Below, piece after piece: positions 44,277 to 56,012 of a stretch of DNA of 64,000 bases. The notes below the pieces were generated by a model. It did no database searches, was not told the DNA's origin, and was given only the letters and a program-made list of their open reading frames with translations. The first letter of the stretch is position 1, and every line of letters starts with the position of its first letter. Where the stretch lies: the NCBI GenBank assembly GCA_000004985.1, contig GG738848.1. One strand, written 5' to 3'. Source of the stretch: Naegleria gruberi. Lineage: Eukaryota. Both the position numbers and the translations under genes were made by a program.

Positions 44277-45263
44277 ATGTCATTACTGTGCACAGATACA
44301 ATTTCGCACTGTTTTAATTTTCTACCAATTGATGACATTGTTTTAAACTGTTCATTGGTTAGCAAACATTGGTTCAAATGTTCGAGGAGCAATAATGTAT
44401 GGAAATATATTTATTGTACCTTGTTTATGGATGATATGTTTGATTGGAGATCTCACACTTCTCGTGGTAAGAAAGACAAGAAATGTGATAAGAAAAAGAA
44501 AAGAAAGTATGATGAATCGTCTGATTCGTATTGGTTTGATTTGTTTCGGAAATACATGATATTTCCAACTGTGAGTGAGCAACAGTTAGAATTATATGAA
44601 TTGGCCATGGGAACAGACATTGCCAAGATTACAGATCCAGAGAAATTACATGAAATTATCTTTTTTATGAGAGGTTTTATGCGTGATTTTGATCATTCAC
44701 TTGTAGACACTTTCGAATACAATTGTTCGAGAGTACATGATGAAGTTAGAGGAAATTATCTAATATTGGCCATCATATTGACAGTCATGTTTGGCAAAAG
44801 AAGGCTGCAATACTTTAGTGATTGGGTGACAATTTCATTGCATCAATACGATTCACAAGACGAGGATGAGGAAGAATTAAGTGACACGTTTAATTGCCCC
44901 CTTCCCACTTTTTGCATGTTAATTCTCTATCCAGAAGCCCAAAATGAAATACCACTCGACGAAAACGATGATGAGAACATTTTGTACAGAGCTGCACCTT
45001 ACTTGGAAAATACAAGTTCCAACGAAAAGGACTGTTGCTTTTTTACAATGGTAGATAATGATGAAGATGGTGATACAGAGGTTATTAGCACAGGTCAGTC
45101 AATTAGTATTTCTAAAAGATATGAAGACGAGCATGGACTTCGTTTCTGTCCAAACTTTTTCAATGCTGGAGCGCGCATTTGTATAGAGAAAATCACAGCT
45201 AGATATTATAATAATAGAGAGTTACTAAGGGTGAATAAATACGATAGCTTCGACTATTGTTGA
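44277..45263 (+). CDS. F-box domain protein
   Basis: ATG at 44277. N-terminal LPIDDIVLNCSLVSKHWFKCSRSNNVWKYIY fits the F-box consensus (LP…I…L…VSK.W……W). The remainder is acidic and uncharacterised. Confidence 0.6.
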   Translation: MSLLCTDTISHCFNFLPIDDIVLNCSLVSKHWFKCSRSNNVWKYIYCTLFMDDMFDWRSHTSRGKKDKKCDKKKKRKYDESSDSYWFDLFRKYMIFPTVSEQQLELYELAMGTDIAKITDPEKLHEIIFFMRGFMRDFDHSLVDTFEYNCSRVHDEVRGNYLILAIILTVMFGKRRLQYFSDWVTISLHQYDSQDEDEEELSDTFNCPLPTFCMLILYPEAQNEIPLDENDDENILYRAAPYLENTSSNEKDCCFFTMVDNDEDGDTEVISTGQSISISKRYEDEHGLRFCPNFFNAGARICIEKITARYYNNRELLRVNKYDSFDYC

Positions 45264-45786
45264 ACTGGAAGCTTCAACACAATACGGTTACATGTTTAAA
45301 TAAATCTAGTTTGCCTGCTGACACCGCAGCGTATTGTGGTTGTTTACCAATCTCCTTAAAAGTTCCCAATAAAACATCTATAGAATTGGATTCCTTATCA
45401 TTTGGGTATTCGATTATATTGGTGAAACCTCCTCCGTTTTGGAACATTCACCTTAAAAGTTCTCTTAATAATGCTCTAGACCATTAACAACTATGGACAG
45501 GGTCCCTCTGTAAAACTTCAGGTTTGCTGGTGCGAGACGTTTTCCGCCAGCACGGTAAGTAGGTGAAGAGAACAATCTGATAGATAAGGGCCATAATCAC
45601 TGATGGGGTTAAAAACCGGTCTTTAATATTCAGCAGATCGGTCTCGAACCTTTGACTGAAACGGCATGAATGATTTATTTGGGCTGGTAATATGCAGAAC
45701 AATCATTAAGAACGCAGTAGACAGATGAAACTATAAATGAAATTAAGAATAAACAATAAAAAAACACTCAACAATACAAGAATAAT

Positions 45787-46260
45787 ATGATGTTAAAGTT
45801 GGACATTGAGGATTTCATTAAGGAATTAATCGAGGTAGGATTTAAACTGCAGCAAGAAGACTGCCTGCAACAACATACTCCAAGTAAAATATCTGATAAT
45901 ACAGTGATGATGACACCTACATCCCACACTCTCACAAGCAACAGTTCATCATCTACGACATCATCAACATCAACAACATGTACCTCCAATGAATATGTAC
46001 CTTTTTTCACATCTGCTCCATTCCAACATGATACAACTCATCAACAACAGGCACAACAACAGTTGCAACCTTATCTTGATCCTTTCCAAATATTTGAGAG
46101 AACTTCTCAGAGGTCTAAAAGCAACCAGAGAACTTCCAAAAACCACAACAATAACAACATGATTGGAAAACCACAACATCGAAATAATGGCTTTACATTT
46201 CAAGAATTCCGTTATCATAAATCAGACAAAAAGAAGACTGTGTTTCATACCCTCAATTGA
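45787..46260 (+). CDS. Hypothetical Q/S/T-rich 157-aa protein
   Basis: ATG-initiated ORF MMLKLDIEDFIKELIEVGFKLQQEDCLQQHTPSK… with low-complexity S/T and Q tracts. Confidence 0.35.
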   Translation: MMLKLDIEDFIKELIEVGFKLQQEDCLQQHTPSKISDNTVMMTPTSHTLTSNSSSSTTSSTSTTCTSNEYVPFFTSAPFQHDTTHQQQAQQQLQPYLDPFQIFERTSQRSKSNQRTSKNHNNNNMIGKPQHRNNGFTFQEFRYHKSDKKKTVFHTLN

Positions 46261-46292
46261 ATTGTAATTCATGCATGATAAAATATTACAAT

Positions 46293-49200
46293 TTAATTAA
46301 AGGTTGTTTCCAGATTTTGATTATCAGCAGCAATCAAATCAGTTTGCAATTCGTCTGATTCTGCTCCATGTTTCAAAAATTCATCCAGGACATATTGTTG
46401 CTCAGCTTTGGAAATGTTAGATTTAGCATGATGCTTGGCACTCAAAAAGTAGCTTTGGGTTGGTTTTCCTTTAATCTCAATCTTCCTCTCCTCAAATTCA
46501 AAATCCAAATCATACACTCTCTCATAAGTTGATCTTGATAAATGAATCCTTCCAGGTTGAGAATTTGATTCCATTCTGGATCCAACATTAATAGTTTCCT
46601 AGAATGACATGTTTAAATATCAACAATACAGTATTGAAATACTTACACCCCACAAATCATATGCAAATTTCTTGGTGCTATTATTTGTTAATATTTAAAT
46701 TTCTAGAAACACTTACCCAATCACTCCAGCAATTGCAGCTCCAGTATTGATACCCACACGAATATCTACTTGATTAAAGTCAGAACTGGAAAAGGTATTT
46801 GCTTGAACTAATTCTTTCATTTTGGAAAGATTGAATTCTCTAATGACACTAAAAGTTTCAATACTAAATCTGAGTACTCTTTCTGGGTGATCACTAGCTT
46901 GCATCTATTAAATTATTATTAGAATTAAAAGAAGAAATGAATTATATACATACCAATCCTCCAACACAGAAATATCTAAATATTCAAATCCATAGAATTA
47001 ATGTCATAAACTAGAGTCTCGAATTTACTTACGCATCTCCAATAGTTTTAATCTTTTCCAATTCATACTTGTCAGTCAATTTATCGAATCCTGTAACAAT
47101 TGTACTCAACATTTGAACAACATCATTGGCACTAAGTGAGCTAGATAATTTAGTAAATCCAACCATGTCACTGAAAAAGCAAGTGATATCAGGCAACTTG
47201 TCAGCAATTAATTTCTCTCCCTAAAATAGATTAGATATTGATAAATATAAATAAATGTAATACTTACACTTTTCAATTGTCTGGCAACAGATTCTGGTAA
47301 CACGTTTCTCAGTAACTTTTCAGAATTCTTCTTCTCTTCAGCTAATAATGATTTTGACTTGTTTTCAGATGTGATATCTCTTATGAAACAGGTAATGACT
47401 CTGTTATTATCGAATAGAGTGTAGGAAATGCTCACTCTAGCTGGGAAAGTAGTCCCGTTCTTTCTTATACATTCCAAATCTAAAGTTTCTCCCTGAATGG
47501 CATTCTTTTCTGAGGCTAGTGAAGAATCTACTTGAACTCTATTTTCAATCAACTTTTTAATTGTTTCCTCACAATTTGGATTGAAGAGAGACCACAATGG
47601 TTTTCCAATTACATCCTCAGGCAATTTACCAAACATTCTTTGGGCTGCAGGATTGTAAACTTCAATATCATAATCATTACATGATACTGCTCCATCTACA
47701 GCAGAATTAAGAATGGACTTGACCTTTAAATCTTCAACCTCCTTCTTATTGAGACTGTTCGCGCCTCTAGAGGAGGAAAATATCTTGTGGTATAGAACAT
47801 AATTTCTCATTTCATCCTTTGCTTCCAAATGATCAATCTTGATATAGTTCAGCAACATTCTCACAGTTTGAACCTCATTAACATGTTTGTCAAAGGAGAG
47901 GACAAGTAAATAGCCAAACAGTGGAACTAAAAAAAATCCAATAACTCCAAATATTGTTACAATAGTAGAACTGTTATCTCTTTCTATGGAACTAACGTAA
48001 ATATTCATAAATTGTTCGAATTCCTTTGCCAACACTTTACAATCAGTGAAAAGTGCATGGAACTCTGGGAATATACTGTACATGTCCTTGTTCTTAGCAT
48101 TGTGCTTTTCATTGATAATAATTGATTCCAGATAGAGTTCATTCATCTTATCATTCAAGCTTGTACACTTCATGGTAGTCGAATTTGAATTTTCACAGTG
48201 AGCTCCCTTGATGAGATTGTCAACCTCAGAAAATAACCCAATTAGTGGCGCAGCATTGGTTGTAATATCGCCATACAATAGCAAATTCCACTCCTTACTA
48301 ATCTTCTTCTTGATTTCATAAACTGATTCATGATATTCAACAACTTCATCCATTGAAAGTAATTTCTTAGAGTTGATTGAATATGTATCGTACGGAAGAA
48401 CAGAAAATATTAAAACCTCTCCAACTTTCCCTGTAATATCATGAGCATCTACTGAGATTGATGCAGAACGTTCCACATTTCTCATAATTCTCTCAGTTTT
48501 ATCAGAGGTAACAAAAACTTCATAAAAGAACATGGAAAAACACAAACAAGTAGTAATGAAAATAAGAGTTGTAAATAACGATGCTCTAAACTTGGGATTG
48601 TTGGTAAAGTTGGATTTGTATGCTCCCTCTCCATTCTCTGCATATTTCGTAGCCATTTGGTGGTAGATCTTTCCAAGAGCATCTTTAGGAATTGTCTTTT
48701 CAACGAGTTTTAACACGGATTTCAAAGATCTCATTATCAACAAGTTGAATATCAACATTAGACCACAAGATATTACTAGTAATCCCAAAGAGCAGAAATA
48801 AAAGTACATGAAAGCATTATTGGTATTACTGACAGTGGCATAGGATCTATCTACAATGTTTGAGCAAAACTCTTTGAATACTGAACTGAAAATATCTCTA
48901 TTGTGCCAAAAATACATGGCTTTGTAATTGGAGAGAGTATTGTTATACTGCTGAGGTGTATAGGTATTGATTTCCTTTAAAAATTGTATCAAAGTGTTGG
49001 TGATTGCTGAAATGGAAGTGTTAAATTGATGTGCAACAGTGTATTCTCCTGGGTATGGACCAATAACAGGATTATAGAAAAGGACACTACTCTCTGAATA
49101 ATCATGAAACATGTCATCACTCATTAAGTCATTCAGAGCGCTGTTTTGAAGCTCCTGTAATGAAGCTAATACATCTCGAATTCTTTCTTTGTGCTCAGTT

Positions 49201-51668
49201 GAAAAGTTGGCCGCTCCTGCATCAATAAGAGATTGAGGCATCATCTGTACTGCATTGTTATTATATAAAGTGAATAGTAATTGCTCCATTCTTATGTCTA
49301 ATTGCATACTCAATGTGGTAATAGAAGGCATACAGGATATTTTGATTAATTTCACATCACTTGTTGAGTTTACCAATAAGGCGATGGAGAAGGAAAAACC
49401 AATAATAAACAATAAGAAAAACAGAGCTATAGAGGATATAATGCAAGAGTAGGTAAACTTATTGTCAGAAGGAGTGGCAAGAGCTGATCTGTACAACATT
49501 TCCTTTTTCAATTGTGGATCTTCTGCAGCTTCCAATCCCATTTTGTCACCAAAATCTTCCTCAACAAATTCTTTTGAATAACCATTTTCCAATCCGTCAA
49601 TCTTTGGTTTTGTAGAGTTTTTTTCCATATTTTTGATTTTAGAAGAGAGTGAGGCTGCACTCTTGGAAATTGATGATCTACTGTCTATTGAAGATCTTGA
49701 ATCATCGTGTGTGGCCCTCTCTTTCAAAGGTACTACCTTATTTCGCATGGAACCTTTTACACCACCAACTGGAGCTTTTGAAATTCGTATCTCTCCTTTT
49801 ACAGTTTCTTCATTCTCAATATCATTGGCTTCCTGATACAATTCTCCTGCTCTCAAATTGTTAAAAAGAATGTTATCAAGGAATTTGCCATACATTCTTA
49901 GAACATTCTTGTCATTACTGAAATCTTTCATCAGATTTTCAAAGGTATTCTCAGTATTAAAGGTCAATTCTGTGATTTTTCTGTTAATTTCCATAACCTT
50001 ACCGTAATTGATTTCCATATTGAAAAATTCCTTCCAAATAGCTTTGTGAAGAGCTAGAATGGAATTGTATTGCTTTTCCAGCTTGGCAAGGATGTGTTTC
50101 ACGTCAACAATACTCATTCCATGTGAAGAATCACTGTTTCTTGATTTGTGGAGTGAAGTTTCAATTTCTTTCAATCTTTCTCTCAAAGTTATTCCTGAGA
50201 AGAAATTCAATTTTTGTTGTTTAACTCTTCTCAATAATCCCAAAGCATATTCATGTGAACCTTCTTCCCAAATGTAAGAAGCTATCAAAGCTGATGAAAT
50301 AATCAATTCTGGTTCTGCAAATGATTTGTGTTGAGCAACTGATTTGATGAATGAAACCGCCAATTGTCTATCACTAATATTATATGCATTTGGCGATGCC
50401 TTCTTACCAGAAAACATTGCAAACTTTAAAAATAGTCCAAGTCTATTCAGTCTCTTTTGCTCCACAAAAGATTTGAAGAGAGAATGACCTCCCCGCTCAA
50501 AATATGTCAATACTGACATTCCAGACCTATCATCAATAGATTTTTCATAACAATCATTCAATAGCATCAACATTTCCTTTCTGATTGAATAATAGAAAAA
50601 CCGTGTGTATGCCTCCATCAAAACAAATCCCCCTAGAAAGCCAATAATCATCAGACCTACTGGAATGAAAGTAAAACCAAGTCCCATATCCCATGAATCA
50701 TTTGAATTTAAAAGAAATGCAATCATTGACCCTATTGGTGAAAGTACCTTTGCAAACAAAACTCCACTCCAAATTGAATTTTCCATTCTCACAAAATAAG
50801 GCAAAAAGTAAAACAAGCAGGGAGCTATGGTTATGGATAACACAATATGAAGCACTGATCTTCCATACATGTACTGATTTGGAATTACATAATTCAATAA
50901 AATTTGCAATTGACTAATTGATAAAAACATGGAAAAGAAGAATGGTGATTCCATTATAAATGGTGATGTGTTTTTCAAATGAGTATTTCCTAATATTTGT
51001 CCATAAATAATAGTATTAACAATAGAAATCAAGATACCAATAATTCCAATAACCATCAAAACAATAGAAGCAACTGATTGGCACATTACAGATGGAGCTC
51101 TCATCAATACATTCTGAGGGTCATCATAATTCTCAAATGACATTTGTGTGGTATAGTCACAATCGAGAAAGGATGTCATTGCAAAAGTACCAATCAAACA
51201 CACAAAGAATTGAATATTTCCATAGTAAAATATACAATTTCTCAATAGTTTCATATTTCTACTTGCAATTTCAACAGATTTAGCTGTCAAGACAAAAATC
51301 ACAAGTCCCAAAATTGAAAAGCAAACAAACAAAACCTCAAAAGCAATTAACCCCTCATAAGGAACCTTATCAATTGACAAGGTTATCAAATAATTAAAAA
51401 CTCTCCAAATCCAATCGCCATATTCTCCCCAATGAAATGAACCCAACATTCCAATTCCCAACGAGGCCAAAATTACATAAACATTCAAGACAACAAAATA
51501 AATGTAATTCTTCATTCCCTTCCGAGGAGTTTTATCTTCAATTGAGACAATCATTGAGAAGATACTCTCCTTCAATTTTATAAGACTCTCCCTTCTTGAA
51601 GTATAACTCGATGAAGAGGAGGTAACTGAGGTATTGGCAGAAGAGCCCATATAGTTACTTTCAGCCAT
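46293..51668 (-). CDS. Multi-pass membrane PAS-domain class III nucleotidyl (adenylyl/guanylyl) cyclase; 6 exons including 22-nt and 31-nt micro-exons
   Basis: Exon 1 is 47268-51668 from ATG: >10 hydrophobic helices in two clusters, then a PAS-like region (…DIEVYNPAAQRMFGKLPEDVIGKPLWSLF…ECIRKNGTTFPARVSISYTLFDNNRVITCFIRDITSE) and LLRNVLPESVARQLKS. Intron 47221-47267. Exon 2 is 47033-47220 (GEKLIADKLPDITCFFSDMVGFTKL…EKIKTIGD). Intron 46976-47032. Micro-exon 46954-46975 (AYFCVGGL, completing the GDAY motif). Intron 46905-46953. Exon 4 is 46717-46904 (MQASDHPERV…VGINTGAAIAGVIG). Intron 46678-46716. Micro-exon 46647-46677 (TKKFAYDLWG). Intron 46599-46646. Exon 6 is 46293-46598 (ETINVGSRMESNSQPGRIHLS…). 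All junctions are GT-AG with consistent phases, and the spliced product restores the canonical cyclase motifs. Confidence 0.8.
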
Positions 51669-52295
51669 TTCTTTCTTGATGATAGATAGAATCGTTAATC
51701 GTTACTATTGATGTTGTTTGATTCAATGAATTGGCTTTGATTTTGTTTGATGTTTTCATCTCTTCACTTTTTGAATCACATACATGTATGAAACTCAACT
51801 CTCTACACATGTTGATAGGAATTGATAGGTGGGGTTTGATGAAAACAAACAACAGTTTGAAAAGGCTCGTAGGAACCTATAATTGCAGGTTTAAATATCT
51901 CCTCAAAAAGGTAGGATGACGGTTGTGTTTTGTAGATTCTGGTGTACCATCACTGGATTTTAGAATAAATTTGTAAATGGTGAACACCATAAGTTGATCA
52001 TTGGATGACCATTTTTTTAAATATTAAATATATATTTAATTGTTAATAGTATTATGAATAATATATTAAACATTAACTTTCAAAGAATGATTACGAAATT
52101 ACAATAACATCATAAACCTTCAATTTCCGATGACTCACTTTGAATTTCAATTTGAAAAACGAATTTGAAGTTAAAATTCAAAATTGATAAAAAAACTTTT
52201 AAATAGCAAAATCCAACAAGTTTCTTTGATTTCAAAAACACAAAAAAACAAATACAACAATCACTTCCATATATCCCAAACATTTTCCTATCAAT

Positions 52296-53492
52296 ATGAT
52301 TTCCAACTCCAATAATTCCAGTCATTGCACAATTAACTTTACAAAAACTGGTAAAACTTTTGAAATGCCAAAACTGAATGTTCCCCTAGTTGCCGATCAG
52401 AATGATCCAACGAAAATGTATTGTCAATCATTCACCGTTGATTCAGATGATCAACAAGTATTGCAATTCTTCAATACCTATGGTTTTGTCGTTTTCGAAA
52501 ATGTACTAAACCAAGAAGAAACTCAAGCCACAGTGAATGATATCTTCAAAATTCTATCAGATGGTACTGAAGGAAAATTTAATCCAGAAGATACCTCAAC
52601 TTGGAATTGTTGGCCACAAAATGCTTTGGAACATTTTGGAAATGTTTCAATTCCAAGTATATTCTCTCGACAATTCTTTATGAATCGACAAAATGAAAAT
52701 GTTGTACGAGCATTTTCAAAGGTATTCCAATTACCAATGACTGAATTGATCGTTAGTCATGACCGTGCCTCATTCTACAGACCTCCAACCATTAATCCAA
52801 AATGGAAGACCAAATCAAATGTTCACTTGGATTTGAATCCAGCTGAAGCTCTCGATGAACCTGAGAATGCCACAGTTTCCTATAATGAATTGAATAGGTT
52901 ACACTATTCATCTGGTAAAGGTCACTGGATCACTGAGAATAATCATGTATGTTCAAAGAGAGATGGTCTGCAAATTCAAGCCCTCATCAATTTGAATGAT
53001 AATCTGAAAGAAGATGGTGGTTTCGTTTGTGTACCTGGATTCCACAATCATTTCAGAGAATTTTTCGAGAATTCCAATCTTGTAAATGAGCTCGGTAGAG
53101 GCAAACCAAGTTTCAGCTTCCAAAAGAATGATCCAGTCAGTGGCAATATCCACCAACTGGCCCAGAGAGTCCCTTCAAAGGCTGGTAGTATTATTATATG
53201 GAATCAATTACTGCCACACGGAAGTACCTTCATGGAGAGCACAACTACTGCCAGATTCAGATCGGCCATGTATCTGAGAATGTTCCCAAAGAGTATGCTC
53301 CTTCGTAGTGGTGCCTCAAAGAGAAGATTGAACAGAAGAGAAGGACTCAGAAAGAAGATTCACAACCTCTACATTAAGGAAAGAGTTCCATTAGAATTGA
53401 CTGATTTGGGTAGAATTGTTTTTGATATTGAAGATGACAATAGTGAATCTGTTTTTGATCCAATTCCTCCATTTGCCAATCATTTGAAATAA
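52296..53492 (+). CDS. Phytanoyl-CoA dioxygenase (PhyH)-like Fe(II)/2-oxoglutarate-dependent oxygenase
   Basis: Single-exon ATG ORF. NVHLDLNP (HxD) and …LLPHGSTFMES (distal His) have the spacing expected for the 2-His-1-carboxylate facial triad of PhyH-family enzymes. The family assignment is by recognition only. Confidence 0.5.
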   Translation: MISNSNNSSHCTINFTKTGKTFEMPKLNVPLVADQNDPTKMYCQSFTVDSDDQQVLQFFNTYGFVVFENVLNQEETQATVNDIFKILSDGTEGKFNPEDTSTWNCWPQNALEHFGNVSIPSIFSRQFFMNRQNENVVRAFSKVFQLPMTELIVSHDRASFYRPPTINPKWKTKSNVHLDLNPAEALDEPENATVSYNELNRLHYSSGKGHWITENNHVCSKRDGLQIQALINLNDNLKEDGGFVCVPGFHNHFREFFENSNLVNELGRGKPSFSFQKNDPVSGNIHQLAQRVPSKAGSIIIWNQLLPHGSTFMESTTTARFRSAMYLRMFPKSMLLRSGASKRRLNRREGLRKKIHNLYIKERVPLELTDLGRIVFDIEDDNSESVFDPIPPFANHLK

Positions 53493-53664
53493 ATTATTCT
53501 CTCTCAAAAGAAAACTAATAGAAACATTTTTAATTCCACACACACATTTTCACACACTTTCAAAATGTTATCCACACAAACTAGTTCATTAAAACATTCC
53601 GAAAAATTCAAATCCAAAATTTAAATTAAAAAATTTAGGGATATTATTGAAAAATTTAGTGGAT

Positions 53665-54876
53665 TTAGAAGAGCAACATCTTTTCTGGATCTTCGATCAA
53701 TTCCTTAACTCTCTTCAAGAAAGTAACAGCTTCTCTACCATCGATAATTCTGTGGTCATAAGTCAAGGCAACGTACATCATTGGTCTGACAACAACTTGA
53801 TCACCAATAGCAATTGGTCTATTCTTTGTGGCGTGCATTCCCAAAATAGCAGATTGTGGAGGATTGATAATTGGTGTACCCATCAAACTTCCGAAAACTC
53901 CACCATTAGAAATAGTGAAAGTACCACCTTGCATATCATCAAGGGAGATGGCATTCTTTCTGGCCTTTTCACCCAAGTTAGAAATGTCTCTTTCAATTTG
54001 TGCAATTGACTTGCTTTCACAGTTTCTGACAACTGGAACGACCAAACCATTTGGAGTGGCAACAGCAACACTAATATCGACATAATCACGATAAACAACT
54101 TCATTACCATCAATGACACCATTGACAGCTGGAACTTCAGTAAGAGCAATAGAAGCAGCCTTACAGAAAGCACCCATGAAACCCAACTTTAAACCATCGT
54201 GACGTTCTTGGAAATCGTCTTGGTTAACCTTTCTCAATTCCATAATCTTCTTCATGTCAATTTCATTGAAAGTGGTCAACATAGCATAGGTGTTTTGGGC
54301 TTGCTTCAAACGTTCAGCAATCTTAGCACGAATACGTGTCATTTTAACTCTTCTTTCAGTTCTAGCGAGTCCATTGGCAGAAGTAGTTGGAGCTGATGAT
54401 TGTGTTGGTTTAGCTTCTTCCTTCTTTGGGGTTGGTGTTGGTGTGGCAGTAGGAGTTGGAGTAGAAGGAGTGGAAGCAGTTGTTGTTGTTGTTGTAGTAG
54501 TAGAAGGAGTGGAAGCAGCAGCAGCAGGTGTAGCAGTTGGCTTACCATCAGTATCAATGATGGCAATATCCTTACCAACTTCAACGGTATCCTTGGCATT
54601 AGCCAAAATAGCCTTCAAAACACCAGCTTCTGGAGCACGGATTTCCACAGAGACCTTATCAGTATCAATAGTACAAATGACTTCATCTTCAACACAAGCT
54701 TGACCTGGTTTTTTCACCCATTCATTGATTTCACCTGATGAGATGGAATCACCCATTGATGGAACCTTTATCATAACATCCTTCAAGAGAGAAGGAGTAG
54801 AGTGAAGGAAACGTTGTTGGGAAATGAATTTCTTGCTGGCCAAGATGCGTGATGATTGAACGATAGATCTTCTCAT
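53665..54876 (-). CDS. DLST: Dihydrolipoamide succinyltransferase, E2 component of 2-oxoglutarate dehydrogenase (mitochondrial)
   Basis: Single exon with ATG at 54876. Presequence [31 protein letters not shown]. Lipoyl domain …[49 protein letters not shown]… (lipoyl-Lys in TDKV). A/P/T-rich linker. Catalytic domain …[37 protein letters not shown]…[24 protein letters not shown] with the DHRxxDG active site. Confidence 0.9.
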   Translation of the reverse strand: MRRSIVQSSRILASKKFISQQRFLHSTPSLLKDVMIKVPSMGDSISSGEINEWVKKPGQACVEDEVICTIDTDKVSVEIRAPEAGVLKAILANAKDTVEVGKDIAIIDTDGKPTATPAAAASTPSTTTTTTTTASTPSTPTPTATPTPTPKKEEAKPTQSSAPTTSANGLARTERRVKMTRIRAKIAERLKQAQNTYAMLTTFNEIDMKKIMELRKVNQDDFQERHDGLKLGFMGAFCKAASIALTEVPAVNGVIDGNEVVYRDYVDISVAVATPNGLVVPVVRNCESKSIAQIERDISNLGEKARKNAISLDDMQGGTFTISNGGVFGSLMGTPIINPPQSAILGMHATKNRPIAIGDQVVVRPMMYVALTYDHRIIDGREAVTFLKRVKELIEDPEKMLLF

Positions 54877-56012
54877 TTTTTGTATTAGATTTTTGAAAAT
54901 TTAAAAATAATAATTTTATTTAAAATATTGATTGTGCGATGAAGAAAAAGCGCCTTTGTAGTCAAATCTGCTTCGGGATTTTTAATTCGGCCATTTTACT
55001 TCTGCTGAAACAATCAATTAAATTATTATTGGCAAAGAGGTATGTTGTCAGAGATTGTGGTGAGTGGGGGGTTATCATTGATTGAATTTATTGCAATTTT
55101 AAACTATTATTACATGCATAATTGATGTATTGATGATGATGAATTGGTTTGAAGAGAGAATCTATTGGCGAGAAGATAGTTCAACAATTCATGCATCATC
55201 GGTATAAAACTGTAAAGAAGATGTTTTTTCTCTCGGGCAATGGTGTTTCAGGACCATGGTCTGATTTTCATTCCAACAATTTTGTAAACATCCAACCAGA
55301 CTATGACTTTTATTACCCAATGGGGTTGATTGTTAAGGTTTTTCAGTAATCATGTACTGTATTCACACTTTTTGTAATCTTGGTGTGAGCAACAAGGTCT
55401 TTGAAAATGCACTTTAGATTTTTAGGAGTTTGAAAACTGTGAATTCATTGAACATCAAACAATACTCCAAGTCGAACCAATTTCTCCATTTGACAATAGT
55501 GTATTGTTTTCTTCATCATGAACTACAACTGAATCTCAACGATTCGATTCAACAAACGTATCCTTAGATAACGAAGAATTTCATTCAATACAAGTTTTGT
55601 TTCATAAGAGGAACATTACATCTTTTGGAGTTAACACATTGAGTAAATTATTATTGTGTTAGGCTACACACTAAATTGTGAATTTATCTATTAAAGCATA
55701 CTTCTTTTTCCAACATGCACCCAATTCTCAGCACATTTGTAACACGGGAATGGAAAATAAATGCAAAACCTATCTCGCACTCAATTACAGTGAGGCTTGT
55801 AGTTAACGGCTAATTCCCTCCAAAATTTTTATGATTAGAAGGTTCCCACTTCGCAATCCAGGTGAATTTACCAAAACAGCAAAGATTTAAAATTACACGA
55901 ACGAAAAAAACAACTCGACAACAATTTTGTGTGTTATTGTAGAACATCACAATTATCTTTGAATATCAAATATACAATCACTCTCTCCCCCATTTCCCTG
56001 TACCCTAGAAAA

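Noticed and set aside
45560-45580. U1-snRNA-like ACUUACC 5'-splice-site-complement on the minus strand
   Set aside because: Downstream stem-loop I loop sequence and the Sm site are not recognisable. It is kept only as a low-interest possible ncRNA.
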